64,000 nucleotides of DNA from Octopus sinensis. Taxonomy: Eukaryota. The translations under genes and the position numbers were made by a program. Location of the stretch: contig NC_042997.1 in NCBI RefSeq assembly GCF_006345805.1, positions 129,456,001-129,520,000 of the forward strand, given 5' to 3'. Below the pieces are notes generated by a model. That model did not search any database, had not been told where the DNA came from, and saw nothing but the letters and a program-made list of their open reading frames with translations. This document shows, piece by piece, positions 1 to 10,650 of the stretch; positions within the stretch are counted from its first letter, which is position 1, and each line of letters opens with the position of its first letter.

Positions 1-290
1 AAGGAAATCTAGCTATCAGCCAAATTCATTGAGGTGCCTTTCCATCTTTGATTAGTTTCATCTGTGGAAGAGATTATAGACTGAACAAGAATTGAAGAAA
101 GACACTTTAATTAATTTCTTCAAATTTCACTTGTAGAGGAAGAGAATTTACTGTAAGGTGGATACGATAGTTTGAAGTAATACAACAGCAAATTTTCTTA
201 GAAAATTTTTGAAGCTACTGGTTTGAAAATGAGCAATAATAGAAGATAGAAAAAATAAAATGGGTTTCAAATTGTAACATTAATAAAAAC

Positions 291-765
291 TCATCATCAT
301 TTAACGTCTGCTTTCCATGCTGGCATGAGTTGGACAGTTTGAGTGAAAACAATTAAGCTGGGGAGCTGCACCAGGTTCCAATCTGATTTCACTTGGTTTC
401 TATGGCTGGATGCCCTTCCTAATGCCAACCCCTCCAAGAGTGTAGTGGGTGCTTTTTATGTGCCACTGACATGACATCAGCCATGACTATGATCTCTCTT
501 GGTTTGACAGGTCTACACAAGCATGGCATATTGCAAAAGGCCTCAGTCACTTGTCATTGTCACCACATCTCATGTCTTTCTGGATCTACCTCTTCCACAG
601 GTTCCCTCCACTGTTAGAGTGTGGCACTTCTTTACACTGCTGTCCTTGTTCATACACATCACTGATATTACACATCCAGCGAAGCATACAAGCCTACACA
701 TATCCTCTGCAGCCACAGCCCATGTTTCACTGCTGTGCAGCATGGCTGTTCGCACAAGGTTTTCT
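291..765 (-). mobile_element. 3' fragment of the abundant RTE/BovB-like LINE family (ORF end plus 3' UTR ending in (GAT)n)
   Basis: AMLHSSETWAV..EDM and CVKKCHTLTVEGTCGRGR match the copy at 14610-15023, with an internal deletion. Confidence 0.85.
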
Positions 766-899
766 ATAAATGCATTTGCAAAATCAATTGAATAATTCAT
801 GTGTTGTGAAAAATGCTCATGAATTAAAACTGTGTTGAATGCCAAACTAGTTAAGATGAATAATGTCACTGTAGGGAAAAGGAGAAAAGATAAACATCC

Positions 900-3800
900 T
901 TTTTACGAGAAATTAGTAGAAAATGAGACATTGAAAATTGACATTGCTGATATTTTAGATTACCTTAAAAGGTAGCTCTGTACAAAAAGGAAAAGATTTA
1001 GTTGTTTCCTGTGGTCCTGACTTCTGTCAGACAAAAGAGAGAGTGAAGTGAAACTGATTGTGAAACACTCGAGACTTGGGAATTCTCATGGTAACTCACT
1101 TTATTATTGTTATGTGATTTCAGTCTATAGAAACATATTAATAGTGAATTTAATCTTTCTTTTATGGCATAATTAGTTGTTGTTCAAAATAGTTTATTAT
1201 TGGGTGAACTAATTTTGTGAATAAACATGAATTCCATCAAGGAATTCAGATTCATTCCGAACTATGGAGCCCAGTAGCAAGCAACATCCCAAAGGAATAC
1301 ATATGCTTCCTATTGGTACACTTGTGGCAAACAATTTCTAAATGAATTCAACAATTCGCTGTCACTAAACTAGTTGCAGACAATTTCAAAAGAATGTTTA
1401 CTGTGTAATAAAGTTCAATTTCCTTGAATACAGCCAAACTCATATATAAAGTGCTTGGGCTAATGCATACAGTGTCCTGTTGTTCATACAGTTACTGATG
1501 CATTCTGTATGCATATTGATCATGTAGTCCATATGGTTACACAAGATGCTGAAGGAGGCCTGACTTATCTCTCATTTCCATCCATCCTTTGTATAAAGAA
1601 AAGAAAGATAAAAGTGGGTTTCTTGTCAAGAAAGTCAACTTTGAGACCATCAGTATTAACAATCTGAACTGGAAATTCTTGAGTGTCCAACAGATGACAT
1701 TATATGATCAGATATATGTTAACTACAGTGGTTTGTTTTCTCTCAATCAAAAACAGTCTTTCAATTCCTTTAGCACAATAAAATGTTTTGTTCTTAATAT
1801 GGATTGGTTGACATATGTACTGCATGTAGCAGTGAAGTGTCTGATTGGTTGGCATCCTTTCTGTCTCGGGAAACAATGGAGTTGTGCATAAAGTGGTCTA
1901 GTCCGGCTTTTATATTTCATGTCCTGATACATTTCCTGCTGTGGCTGTGTAGTCCTATCCTGGACAAACACTCCCTCTGGCAGGTACCGCAAATGTAGTG
2001 AAGACTGTTCCTGGCTGGTTGTAATGCCATAGTCTCTTGTTGACGTCTCTTCTTTTCTTTCCATTTCTCCTCTCTCTCTCTGTCACTCCTTTGTATTCCT
2101 TCTTTTACGGTACGTCACCATTCTCCATGGTTGCCGGCAACTGCCTCCCAACCGCTAATATTGATGTTGCAGGCCTTCATGTCCCTTTTGCAAACATCCT
2201 TGTAACGTAAGATCGGTCTACCCACAGACCTAGTACCCCTAGCAAGCTCTCCGTAGAGTATGTCCTTGGGGATTTTGCCATCTTTCATACGGCTAACATG
2301 CCCAAGCCATCTCATACGTCTTTGTGTGAGGAGTGCAAACATGCTTGGTATTCCTGCTTGCCTGAGGACATCTTTGTTGGGGATATGATTCTGCCATTTG
2401 ATGCGGAGGATTTTTCGGAGGCAGCGCAGGTGAAAGATGTTTAGGCGACGCTCTTGGTGTGTGTATAGCGTCCAGGTCTCACTTCCATACAGTAGAGTGC
2501 TGAGTACACATGCCTGGTAGATCTTCATTTTCATGGTCTTGGTCAGCTTATTGTTGTCCCAAGCCCGTTTGGAGAGTTGGGCCATCGCAGCAGCTGCCTT
2601 GCCAATGCGTATATTGAGCTCAGCGTCAAGGGATAGGTTGTAGGTGACGGTAGAGCCCAGATAGGTAAACTTCTACACCTCTTGTAATCTGTGGTCTCCA
2701 ATATGTATGTTTGGGATGTCCGATGTAGCCTGGCCCATGATGTTGGTCTTCTTAAGGCTGATAGCTAAGCCAAAGTCATTACATGCTTGCTCAAAACAGT
2801 TAATGAGCCTTTGGAGGGCTTCTTCTGTGTGTGTTACCAGAGCGGCATCATCAGCAAATAACATCTCCTTGATCAGGACGTTTCTGATTTTGGTCTTGGC
2901 ACGCAGGCGTGAGAGATTGAACAATTTCCCATCACTTCTACTGTGCAGAAACACTCCATCATCTGATGTCTGAAAGGCATGTGAAAGTAAGAGCGAGAAG
3001 AAGATGCCAAACAATGTAGGAGCGAGGACACAACCTTGCTTTACCCTGTTTTATATTTGGAAGGCGGCTGATGTTGAACCATTGTGCTGTATGGTGCCTT
3101 GCATGTCATCATGGAAAGACTTGATGATCCTCAGCAGCTTTGGTGGACATCCGATTTTTTGGAGCAGGATGAAGAGGCCTGTTCTGCTTACCGAGTCAAA
3201 AGCCTTCGTTAGATCAATGAAGGCCATATATAATGGCATTTTCTGCTCTCCGGGCTTCTCCTGAAGTTGGCGTATGGAGAATATCATATCGATAGTTGAT
3301 CTGCTTCTTCTAAAGCCACACTGCGATTCCGGATAGATTCGAGAAGCAAGTAGTTGTAGCCTGGCCAGGATAACGCGGACAAAGGTCTTTCCAACAGTGC
3401 TTAGAAGGGATATACCACGGTAATTGTTACAATCACCACGGTCACCTTTGTTTTTGTAAAGCGTAATGATGTTAGCATCCCGCATATTCTGAGGGACTGT
3501 ACCCTCTTCCCAGCACTGACACAGAAGCTCATGAAGGTGCCGAAGCAGGATGGTGTTTTTGCCGGCTTTGATGATCTCTGAGGAGATGCCGTCTTTTCCC
3601 GGAGCCTTATTTCTTGCTAGAGAGTCAACAGCCTTGGTGAGCTCTGCTATAGATGGCAGACTGTCAAGTTCGCACATGACTGGCAAGATTTTGACACTCT
3701 CGACTGCAGCCTCAGCCACTGTAGTCTCCCGTGAGCAGAGATCCTGGTAGTGCTCCACCCATCTATCCATTTGCTTGCCTTGATCCCTGATGAGATCTCC

Positions 3801-6800
3801 AGTAGTTGATTTCAGAGGGGCTGACTTGGTTGCGGATGGACCGAGGGCCTTCTTCAAACCGGCATACATCCCACGGGTGTCGCCCCTGTCAGCAGCTGAC
3901 TGGATACTCTGACAGATTTCCTGCCAATACCTATTTGCACAGCGTCTGGCTGTCAGTTGGGTTTTATTTTGTGCCTTTCTGAGTTCTTCGAGTGACTTTG
4001 TAGAAGAGTCACTCTTGTATTGCATCAGAGCTGCACGCTTTGCTTCGATAACTGGCTCCAGCTCTGAGAGCCCAGCATTGAACCAATCTGGGTTTTGCCT
4101 TCCTCTCATGCCGAAAGTATCTATTGATGTCGTATACAAGGCTTCCCTGATATAGTCCCACCTACTTTCAGCAGAGGAGGTTGGGCAGCTACTAAGGGCA
4201 ACCTTGATAGAAGCAGCAAAACATTTTCGCAGTGTAGGGTCCGAGGTTCTGGCGGTGTTGATGTGTGGTTGGCCCACTTTCTTGGAGCGATGGACTTTTT
4301 TAGGCAGAATCCTCACCCTACTTCTAATTAGTGAGTGGTCTGTGTCACAATCCGCGCTGTGGTAACTGCGGGTCTATAGAGTAGAATTCAGAAAGGATCT
4401 CCGTGTAATGATGAGATCCAGCTGATGCCAGTGGTGAGATCTTGGATGTCTCCAGGATGCCTTGTGGGATGGCTTGTTGGTAAAGAATGTGTTTGTGATG
4501 CACAGGTTGTGGTATGTGCAGAATTCGAGTAGTCTCTGACCATTGTCATTCATGTTGCCAATACCAAAGTGTCCAACACAAATGGGCCACGAATCATGGT
4601 CAGATCCCACGCGAGCGTTAAAATCCCCTAGAAGGTAGATATTTTCAGTCGTTGGTATATTTTCTATGACCCAGTTGAGATCTTTGTAGAACTGTTCCTT
4701 GGTCTCCTCTGAGCTGTAGAGAGTGGGAGCATAGATGCTGAGTAGATGTACTGAGCCAGAAGAAGTGTCTGATTAAAGTAACACTAACTGTACAGGTAGC
4801 TTCACATACTAACTCTGCTATGGGACAACCTGAACCAGCCTTCTATATTGTATAGATACTGAGTAGGTATCAGAGGGTAATACATTGCAATCCATATTTG
4901 TTGACAGCCACAGAAGTTGGTCACTGAAGTAAAAAGTGCCAATTCTAACTGCTTGCTTTTAGCATGTGTGACAGCAGAGAGCCTAAATAATAGATAATTG
5001 GCTCTCTTACTCCAGTGAGATCTATTAAGGCTTTCATTACTGTCTCTGCTATAACATCTGCAATTAGTATAGTCTTTGGTTATGGAGTACAGAGATCTTA
5101 CATGTCAAAAATACCAGAAGGAAAAAGTGCCAAGTCAATATGCATGAGGTGTAACCTAGTGATCAGTATAGCAAAGGTGTTGACATGATAGTTAGCTTTG
5201 GCATGCTGACACCTCATGCAGTTCTAGTCATGCAGATGTACATTCTGGTTAATTATGGGCCAGGTAAATCTTGAAGCAATCAATTTCTGAGTTGCCTGAA
5301 CTGTTATTTGGTACATTTAGAACAGATGTGGCGATTCGCATGATGTAGCATGCCAAATGTCCTGTTCACCTCTGGAGAGAAAGACTTTCTTGAAAACAAG
5401 TAAGGAAGTACCACTGAGCAGCAACTGAAGTTCCTCACCACCTTTTTGATCAGTGGCTATGCATGTGAGATCAATGGATGAGGTAATGTGTAGAACTGAC
5501 ATTTCTTGCTATGAAAACATGTTGGCTGCAATATTGTTCCTGTTTGAAATGTGCTTCATATCTTAAATGAAGTGAAATATTTAATCAAATATCTTAATTC
5601 CCTGGGAGAATATCAATCTGACTTTACTTACTGTGTAAATGGGGTTTATGGTATGTGTAGACAGTAAACTTCCTGCTTTCTAAATAGTGTTGATAATGTC
5701 TTACAGACATAACCAGTAACTCATGACCAAATACACTATCTTGTTTCAGTAGGTTTTAACTTTTACAAAAGCAAAAAAAACTCCATGGGTTCCCATACGT
5801 CTCTATGTAGGCCTTGCAACATTCCAGTGATAGTGGAGTCAGATTCATAGGCCATAAGACATATGTCAACATCTTCAAACAGATGTGCTAACATCACAGC
5901 TTCAGTGAAATCATTCTTAATGCGACAGAAATCGGTTTCACACTCTTCATTCCATGCAAGGGATTATGTGTTAATACATGGGATACTTCTGAAATCAGTC
6001 TGGTGATGAGTATGGTTGCTTCTCATGGAAGAAAATGTCGATAAAAGCTAATGCTACCTCAGAATCATAATAGTTGTTAGACAGTAGTTGGTGTGAAGTT
6101 GGTCTATAACTAGTGACCTTCACCACCAATGGAGAAATGCCTTCAGCTATCATATGGTGTCTGAGAAAATCCAAACTTCTAACGCCAAATCGTAACTTCA
6201 GTGCATTGATAACAACACTGTGCTTAGTTGAGTGTGTAAACAAGAGATATATGTGTTGTAATATATCAGAAAGTTACATGTTCAAATCACATCAGTGCTA
6301 GTTTGACAAGCATGTTGAACAAAATGATGTGCTGTTTAATCATGTAAGGATCTCCTAATGTAGAAAAAGAGATACTATGGATCAATTGGTCATTTAACTG
6401 TGATATGTCTAATATTTTAGACCAGCTGAAAAGAGAGTTCTATACAAAGAAGATTCTGTTAATTTCTGCAATTCTGACTTTAATAAAAAAAAAAAGAGAT
6501 AATGAACAAAGCGAAAACAACTTGCTTAAAGCTTGTAATTCTCACAGTGGCTCACTGTATTAGTGTGGGACTACATCTGAAGCTGGTCAGTAGAGAAAAG
6601 TTAATGGTGAATTTACTCTTTCTTTTATAGTAGCATAATTAGTTTCTGCCCTGGGTAGTCCATTGTTGAGTCAGTTCATTTTATGAATAATCACAAATTG
6701 AGTTGAATGAAGTTGTATCCAGGAATTCACTGGTTCAATTAGAATTAAGACACCATGTGGAAAGAAATATTCTAAAGGGATACAGAAGCTAACAGTTGCC

Positions 6801-6990
6801 ACACTAACAGCAAACCAATTTTCAAAGAAATACAATAGCTCACTCAGTCATTACACCAATGGCAAACAGTTTTTCACAGAAATATAGAACCTTGCCAAGA
6901 CTATGCCAGCAGCAAACATTTTCAAAATATGGAGAAATTCTTTCGTTTAAGTTATGGCATACAATTCTCAAAGAAATATTAAAGTTTGTT
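900..6990 (-). mobile_element. Heavily decayed Ty3/Gypsy LTR retrotransposon (RT-RH-INT relic) interrupted by the RTE LINE
   Basis: Degenerate RT end (INALKLRFGVRSLDFLRHH..GISPL..KV, about 6000-6250), YSPRE.RYLD-like RNase H (about 5550-5640), integrase H-I-D-L and D-V-I-A-E-T-V-like remnants (about 5030-5230). Diverged direct repeats at about 900-1440 and 6360-6990. Confidence 0.65.
1847..4761 (-). mobile_element. Young 5'-truncated RTE-clade LINE (partial APE, RT, C-terminal CCHH/C finger), pseudogenised by 4 in-frame stops
   Basis: One frame runs 4760 to 1917: SIYAPT, GDFNARVG, SDHD, NYRGISLL, FIDLTKAFDSV, LFADDAAL, YLGS, CGTCQRECLSRIGLHSHSRKC. Stops at 4374, 3051, 2673 and 2115. The 13-bp TSD GAAGTGTCTGATT is at 1834-1846 and 4762-4774. 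Confidence 0.95.
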
Positions 6991-7017
6991 GCTGCTACAC
7001 AAACATCCACTTTATAG

Positions 7018-8630
7018 TTTCATTATTATAACTATATTAAGGCGGTGAGCTGGCAGAATTGTTAGCACACTGGGCAAAATGCTTAGTGGCGTTTCATCTG
7101 TCTTTACGTTCTGAGTTCAAGTTCTGCCGAGGTCATCTTTGCCTTTCATCCTTTAAGGGTCCATAAAATAAATATCAGTTGAGTAATGGGGTCAATGTAA
7201 TTGTCTATCCCTATTCCCCAAATTTCAGGCCTTGTGCCTATAGTAGAAAAGATTGCTATAACTATATTAAATGTGGTGAGCTGACAGGATTGTTAGCATG
7301 CTGAGTGAAAAGCTTAGCAGTATTTCACCCATTGCTACATTTTGAGTTCAAATTCCTCCAAGGCCGACTTTGCCTTTCATCTTTTCAAGGTTGATAAAAT
7401 AAGTACCATTTGCACACTGGAATCCATGTCATCAACTTAACCCCTTCCCCAAAATTTCAAGCCTTGTGCCTATAATAGAAAAAGGTTATTATAATAACAT
7501 TAATGGCAGGGAGCTGACAAAATCATTAGCATGCTGGACAGAATGCTTGGCTGCATTTCATCTGTCTTTACATTCTGAGTTCAAATTCTGCTGAGGCCGA
7601 CTTTGTTTTTCAACCTTTCGGGGGTTGATAAATTAAGTACCAATCAAGCACTGGAACTGATGCAATCAACTAGCCCCCTTCCCCCAAATTTGAGGTTTTG
7701 TGCTTATAATAGAAAGGGTTATTCTAACAACATTGATGGTGGTGAGCTGACAGAATAATTAGCAGCTGGACAAAACGCCTAGCAGTATTTTGTCCATCTC
7801 TACATTCTGGGTTCAAATTCTGCTGAGGCCAACCTTGCCTTTTATCCTTTTAGGGTCAAAATAAGCACCAGTTGAATATTGGGGTTGACATAATCGACAG
7901 TTAATTTGCTCCTTTTTAACAAAAATTTCAGGCCGCACACTTATAGTAGAAAAACTTTTATAGCAACATTAAAATGGTCAGAAAAAAGGCTTTGTAATAT
8001 TTGTTCTGGCTCTTAACATTCTGAATTCAAATCTCACTGAGGCCAACATTGCTTTTTGTCCTTTTAAAGTCAATACAAATAAGTACCAGTCTAGTACTGG
8101 GGCTGATAGTATTGGCTTCCTCTCAAAATTTCTGACCTTATGCCTAAATTAGAAACCATAATTATAACATCATTTGAGGTGGTAAGCTTTCAGAATTGTT
8201 AGCATGCTGAGCAATATGCTTAGTAGCATTTTGTTTGTTTTTACATTCCAAGGTCAACTTTGTCTTTCATCCTTTTGGGGTTCATCATCATCATCATCGT
8301 TTAACGTCCATTCTCCATGCTAGCATGGGTTGGACGGTTCGACCGGGGTTCTGGGAAGCCAGAAGGCTGCACCAGGCTCCAGTCTAATCTGGCAATGTTT
8401 CTACAGCTGGATGCCCTTCATAACGCCAACCACTCCGTGAGTGTAGTGGGTGCTTTTTACGTGCCACCTGCACAGGTGCCAGGCGAGGCTGGCAACGGCC
8501 ACGGTCAGATTGGTGTATTTTATGTGCCACCGGCACGGAAGCCAGGGTTAGTAAAATAAAATACCAGTCAAGTACTGGAGGTAACAGTATCAACAAAGTA
8601 CATCCTCACAAAATTGCTAGCCTTTTCTCT
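7018..8630 (+). repeat. Head-to-tail array of six tRNA-derived SINE units (about 230-236 bp period)
   Basis: SINE heads follow a shared TTATTATAACTATATTAA-like linker ending at 7040, 7270, 7503, 7736, 7972 and 8177. The last unit is split by an RTE tail at 8283-8545. Confidence 0.85.
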
Positions 8631-9084
8631 CTTATTGCATGTGTTTCATTTTTCAATACACTTTCAAATACATTAACTATAATTATGAACAATATTTTAT
8701 TTCTTTCACTTTTGGTTATTTACATTTTATAATTGCATTCTTTTTGCATGTAAATTTCTTGCCATGTAACTGTATTGTTTTCATTACAATTGTGTTATTT
8801 TCATTAATTTCTCCTTCAAGCTCTCTAGTGGAGGACTGATGTTTTCTGTTATTAGTGTAACTAGGAATTACATTCACTTCTAACACATTATACACTAGCA
8901 CATTCACTTCTAGCATGCCATTATACACTACTGGCAAGCAATTATGTAAAAATCTAAATATTGTAATATGCTTCAGTAAAAATAAATGTTATTTAAACAA
9001 CATTGTATTTGGGTTATTTATAGGACAACATACAGTCCATCGTTATACCAACATATAAAGATCCATATAACCAAAGCCACAGTA

Positions 9085-9500
9085 TAATAATTTTGTATTA
9101 TTAATAAACATGACAGCTCTATGGTCATAGGTGTAATAATTAATGTAATATCAATAAATATAAATTCCTATATTATAATTAATATTATAAGATATTATTA
9201 TATTATGAATATCATTATATTATTAATAAATATAATTATTGCTATTATAAGTAAATATACAAATCAGTGTAATCAATAAATATATTCACTGTATCATCAA
9301 TAATTATAATTAGTTTTATGAGTGAATAATTACATGTCTATTAATTAACGTAATTAAAAAATAACAATGAACTTATTACTATTTTATCAGTAAATATAAT
9401 ATTTCGGTTCCATCAATAAATATAATTACTATATCGGCAATAAATTTAATATTGCTGTAATATCAATAAATATATATTGAAATATAGTGATAATATATAA
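9085..9500. repeat. Very AT-rich degenerate repeat (ATCAATAAATATA motif) just upstream of KDSR
   Basis: At least five recurrences of (T)ATCAATAAATATA-like words. Confidence 0.7.
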
Positions 9501-9804
9501 GTTGGAAAGAACGAGTGAGAGTTGGTAGAAACGATATCCCGTAAAGCAAAATGCCATAAGATACATCTTTTTACATTTCGAGTTCAAATCCTGGCGCAGT
9601 AACCATTGTATTTCATTTGTCTAGGTGTCGATAAAATAAGGTACCAATTAAGTACTGGACTTTATATTATCAATTATACACGCCTCCAAAGTATCCCATT
9701 GCTATTCAAAATCAATTATAGAGTGTGGACAGCTGTAGTCACTGAATTGATAGGTGGAGTTACTTCCCTTACAATCTGTTATCATTGTAATTAATGTTGA
9801 CATC

Positions 9805-9915
9805 ATGGGGATATTCTTTGTAATTATTCCTATCTCCATCCTGATATTAACTATAGTCTTACATTTTATGTTCCGATCTAAGACTATCCGAAACATCCAT
9901 GGTTATCATATTGTC
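9805..9915 (+). CDS. KDSR: KDSR coding exon 1 (hydrophobic N-terminal anchor, MGIFFVIIPISILILTIVLHFMFRSKTIRNIHGYHIV)
   Basis: ATG at 9805, 37 codons, then GTAAGT donor at 9916 in phase 0. Joins exon 2 to give GYHIV|VTGGSSGIG, as in KDSR. Lies in the CpG-retaining region. Confidence 0.85.
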
Positions 9916-10375
9916 GTAAGTTTTTTTGGTATTGTTTTCTTGTTTTTTAAAAAAAAATTTTACCGTTAATATACCTAGTCAGAAATAATAACGTGCCTAA
10001 AAGGATGTCAGTACTTCCTAGTTTCATAATTTAAACTTGATCAAAGTTTTTTTTGACCATGATATACTATCGTAGGATACTAGATTTTACTCATATACGC
10101 ACCATAATATCACTGTTTTCTAGCAGGAAATCACTTTACTTCTGCTGTTTCGTCTCTCCACCGTCTTCTTTGATGTTTATTTTCGTGGTCTTATTAATAC
10201 AGTCAATAATTGTATGATGCTAATTAAATGTTCGTGCTTAAACTTACATAATTTAAAATAGTTAATTCAATGAAAAAAGGAATATATTTTAAAAGGAAAA
10301 ACAAAAAAAAAAGGAAAGGACAGAAAAAAACATCAATGCAGCACCAATGCCTCAATTGGTCGCACACCACAAGGT

Positions 10376-10650
10376 TCAACGGAACCTACGGAAGCAAGCC
10401 AACACGCTCGCGGTATTACCACGGGTGATGGCGAAGCTAAGACGTTGGAAAAGCCAAACACCTTCACGGACACCACCTGACACCTCGGTAAAGGGGCTGC
10501 CAGTGATGACAAGAACTTCGTCGTTAGCAGCCCAGTCCCTCCAAACGTCTCAAACAGACTAGAAGAGATAGTTCACTGCCAGGTTCCGATACTTTAAGGT
10601 TCTATTCCGTTGAGACTTTGATCAAAGGCATTCCAGCCGCGACTGTCTTA
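10376..10650 (-). mobile_element. 3' fragment of a CRE-like non-LTR retrotransposon, restriction-like endonuclease end
   Basis: Translates with two frameshifts as KYRNLAVNYLF / FETFGGTG / SGGVREGVWLFQRLSFAITRGNTASVLA, the K..KY...ET.G...QRLS.AI.RGN pattern of CRE/R2-group RLE domains. Confidence 0.75.

Noticed and set aside
570-869. ORF starting at a strong-looking minus-strand acceptor near 870
   Set aside because: It runs directly into LINE-derived sequence, and no donor or recognisable protein was found.
7018-8280. Regularly spaced repeats resembling a CRISPR array (also the 66-bp units at 15161-15330)
   Set aside because: The units are long SINE or LINE 3' UTR copies without unique spacers, the context is eukaryotic, and there are no cas genes.
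8716-8937. ORF with a repeated YNxLEVNV peptide
   Set aside because: It is explained by a roughly 30-bp local tandem duplication (8868-8932) in AT-rich DNA.
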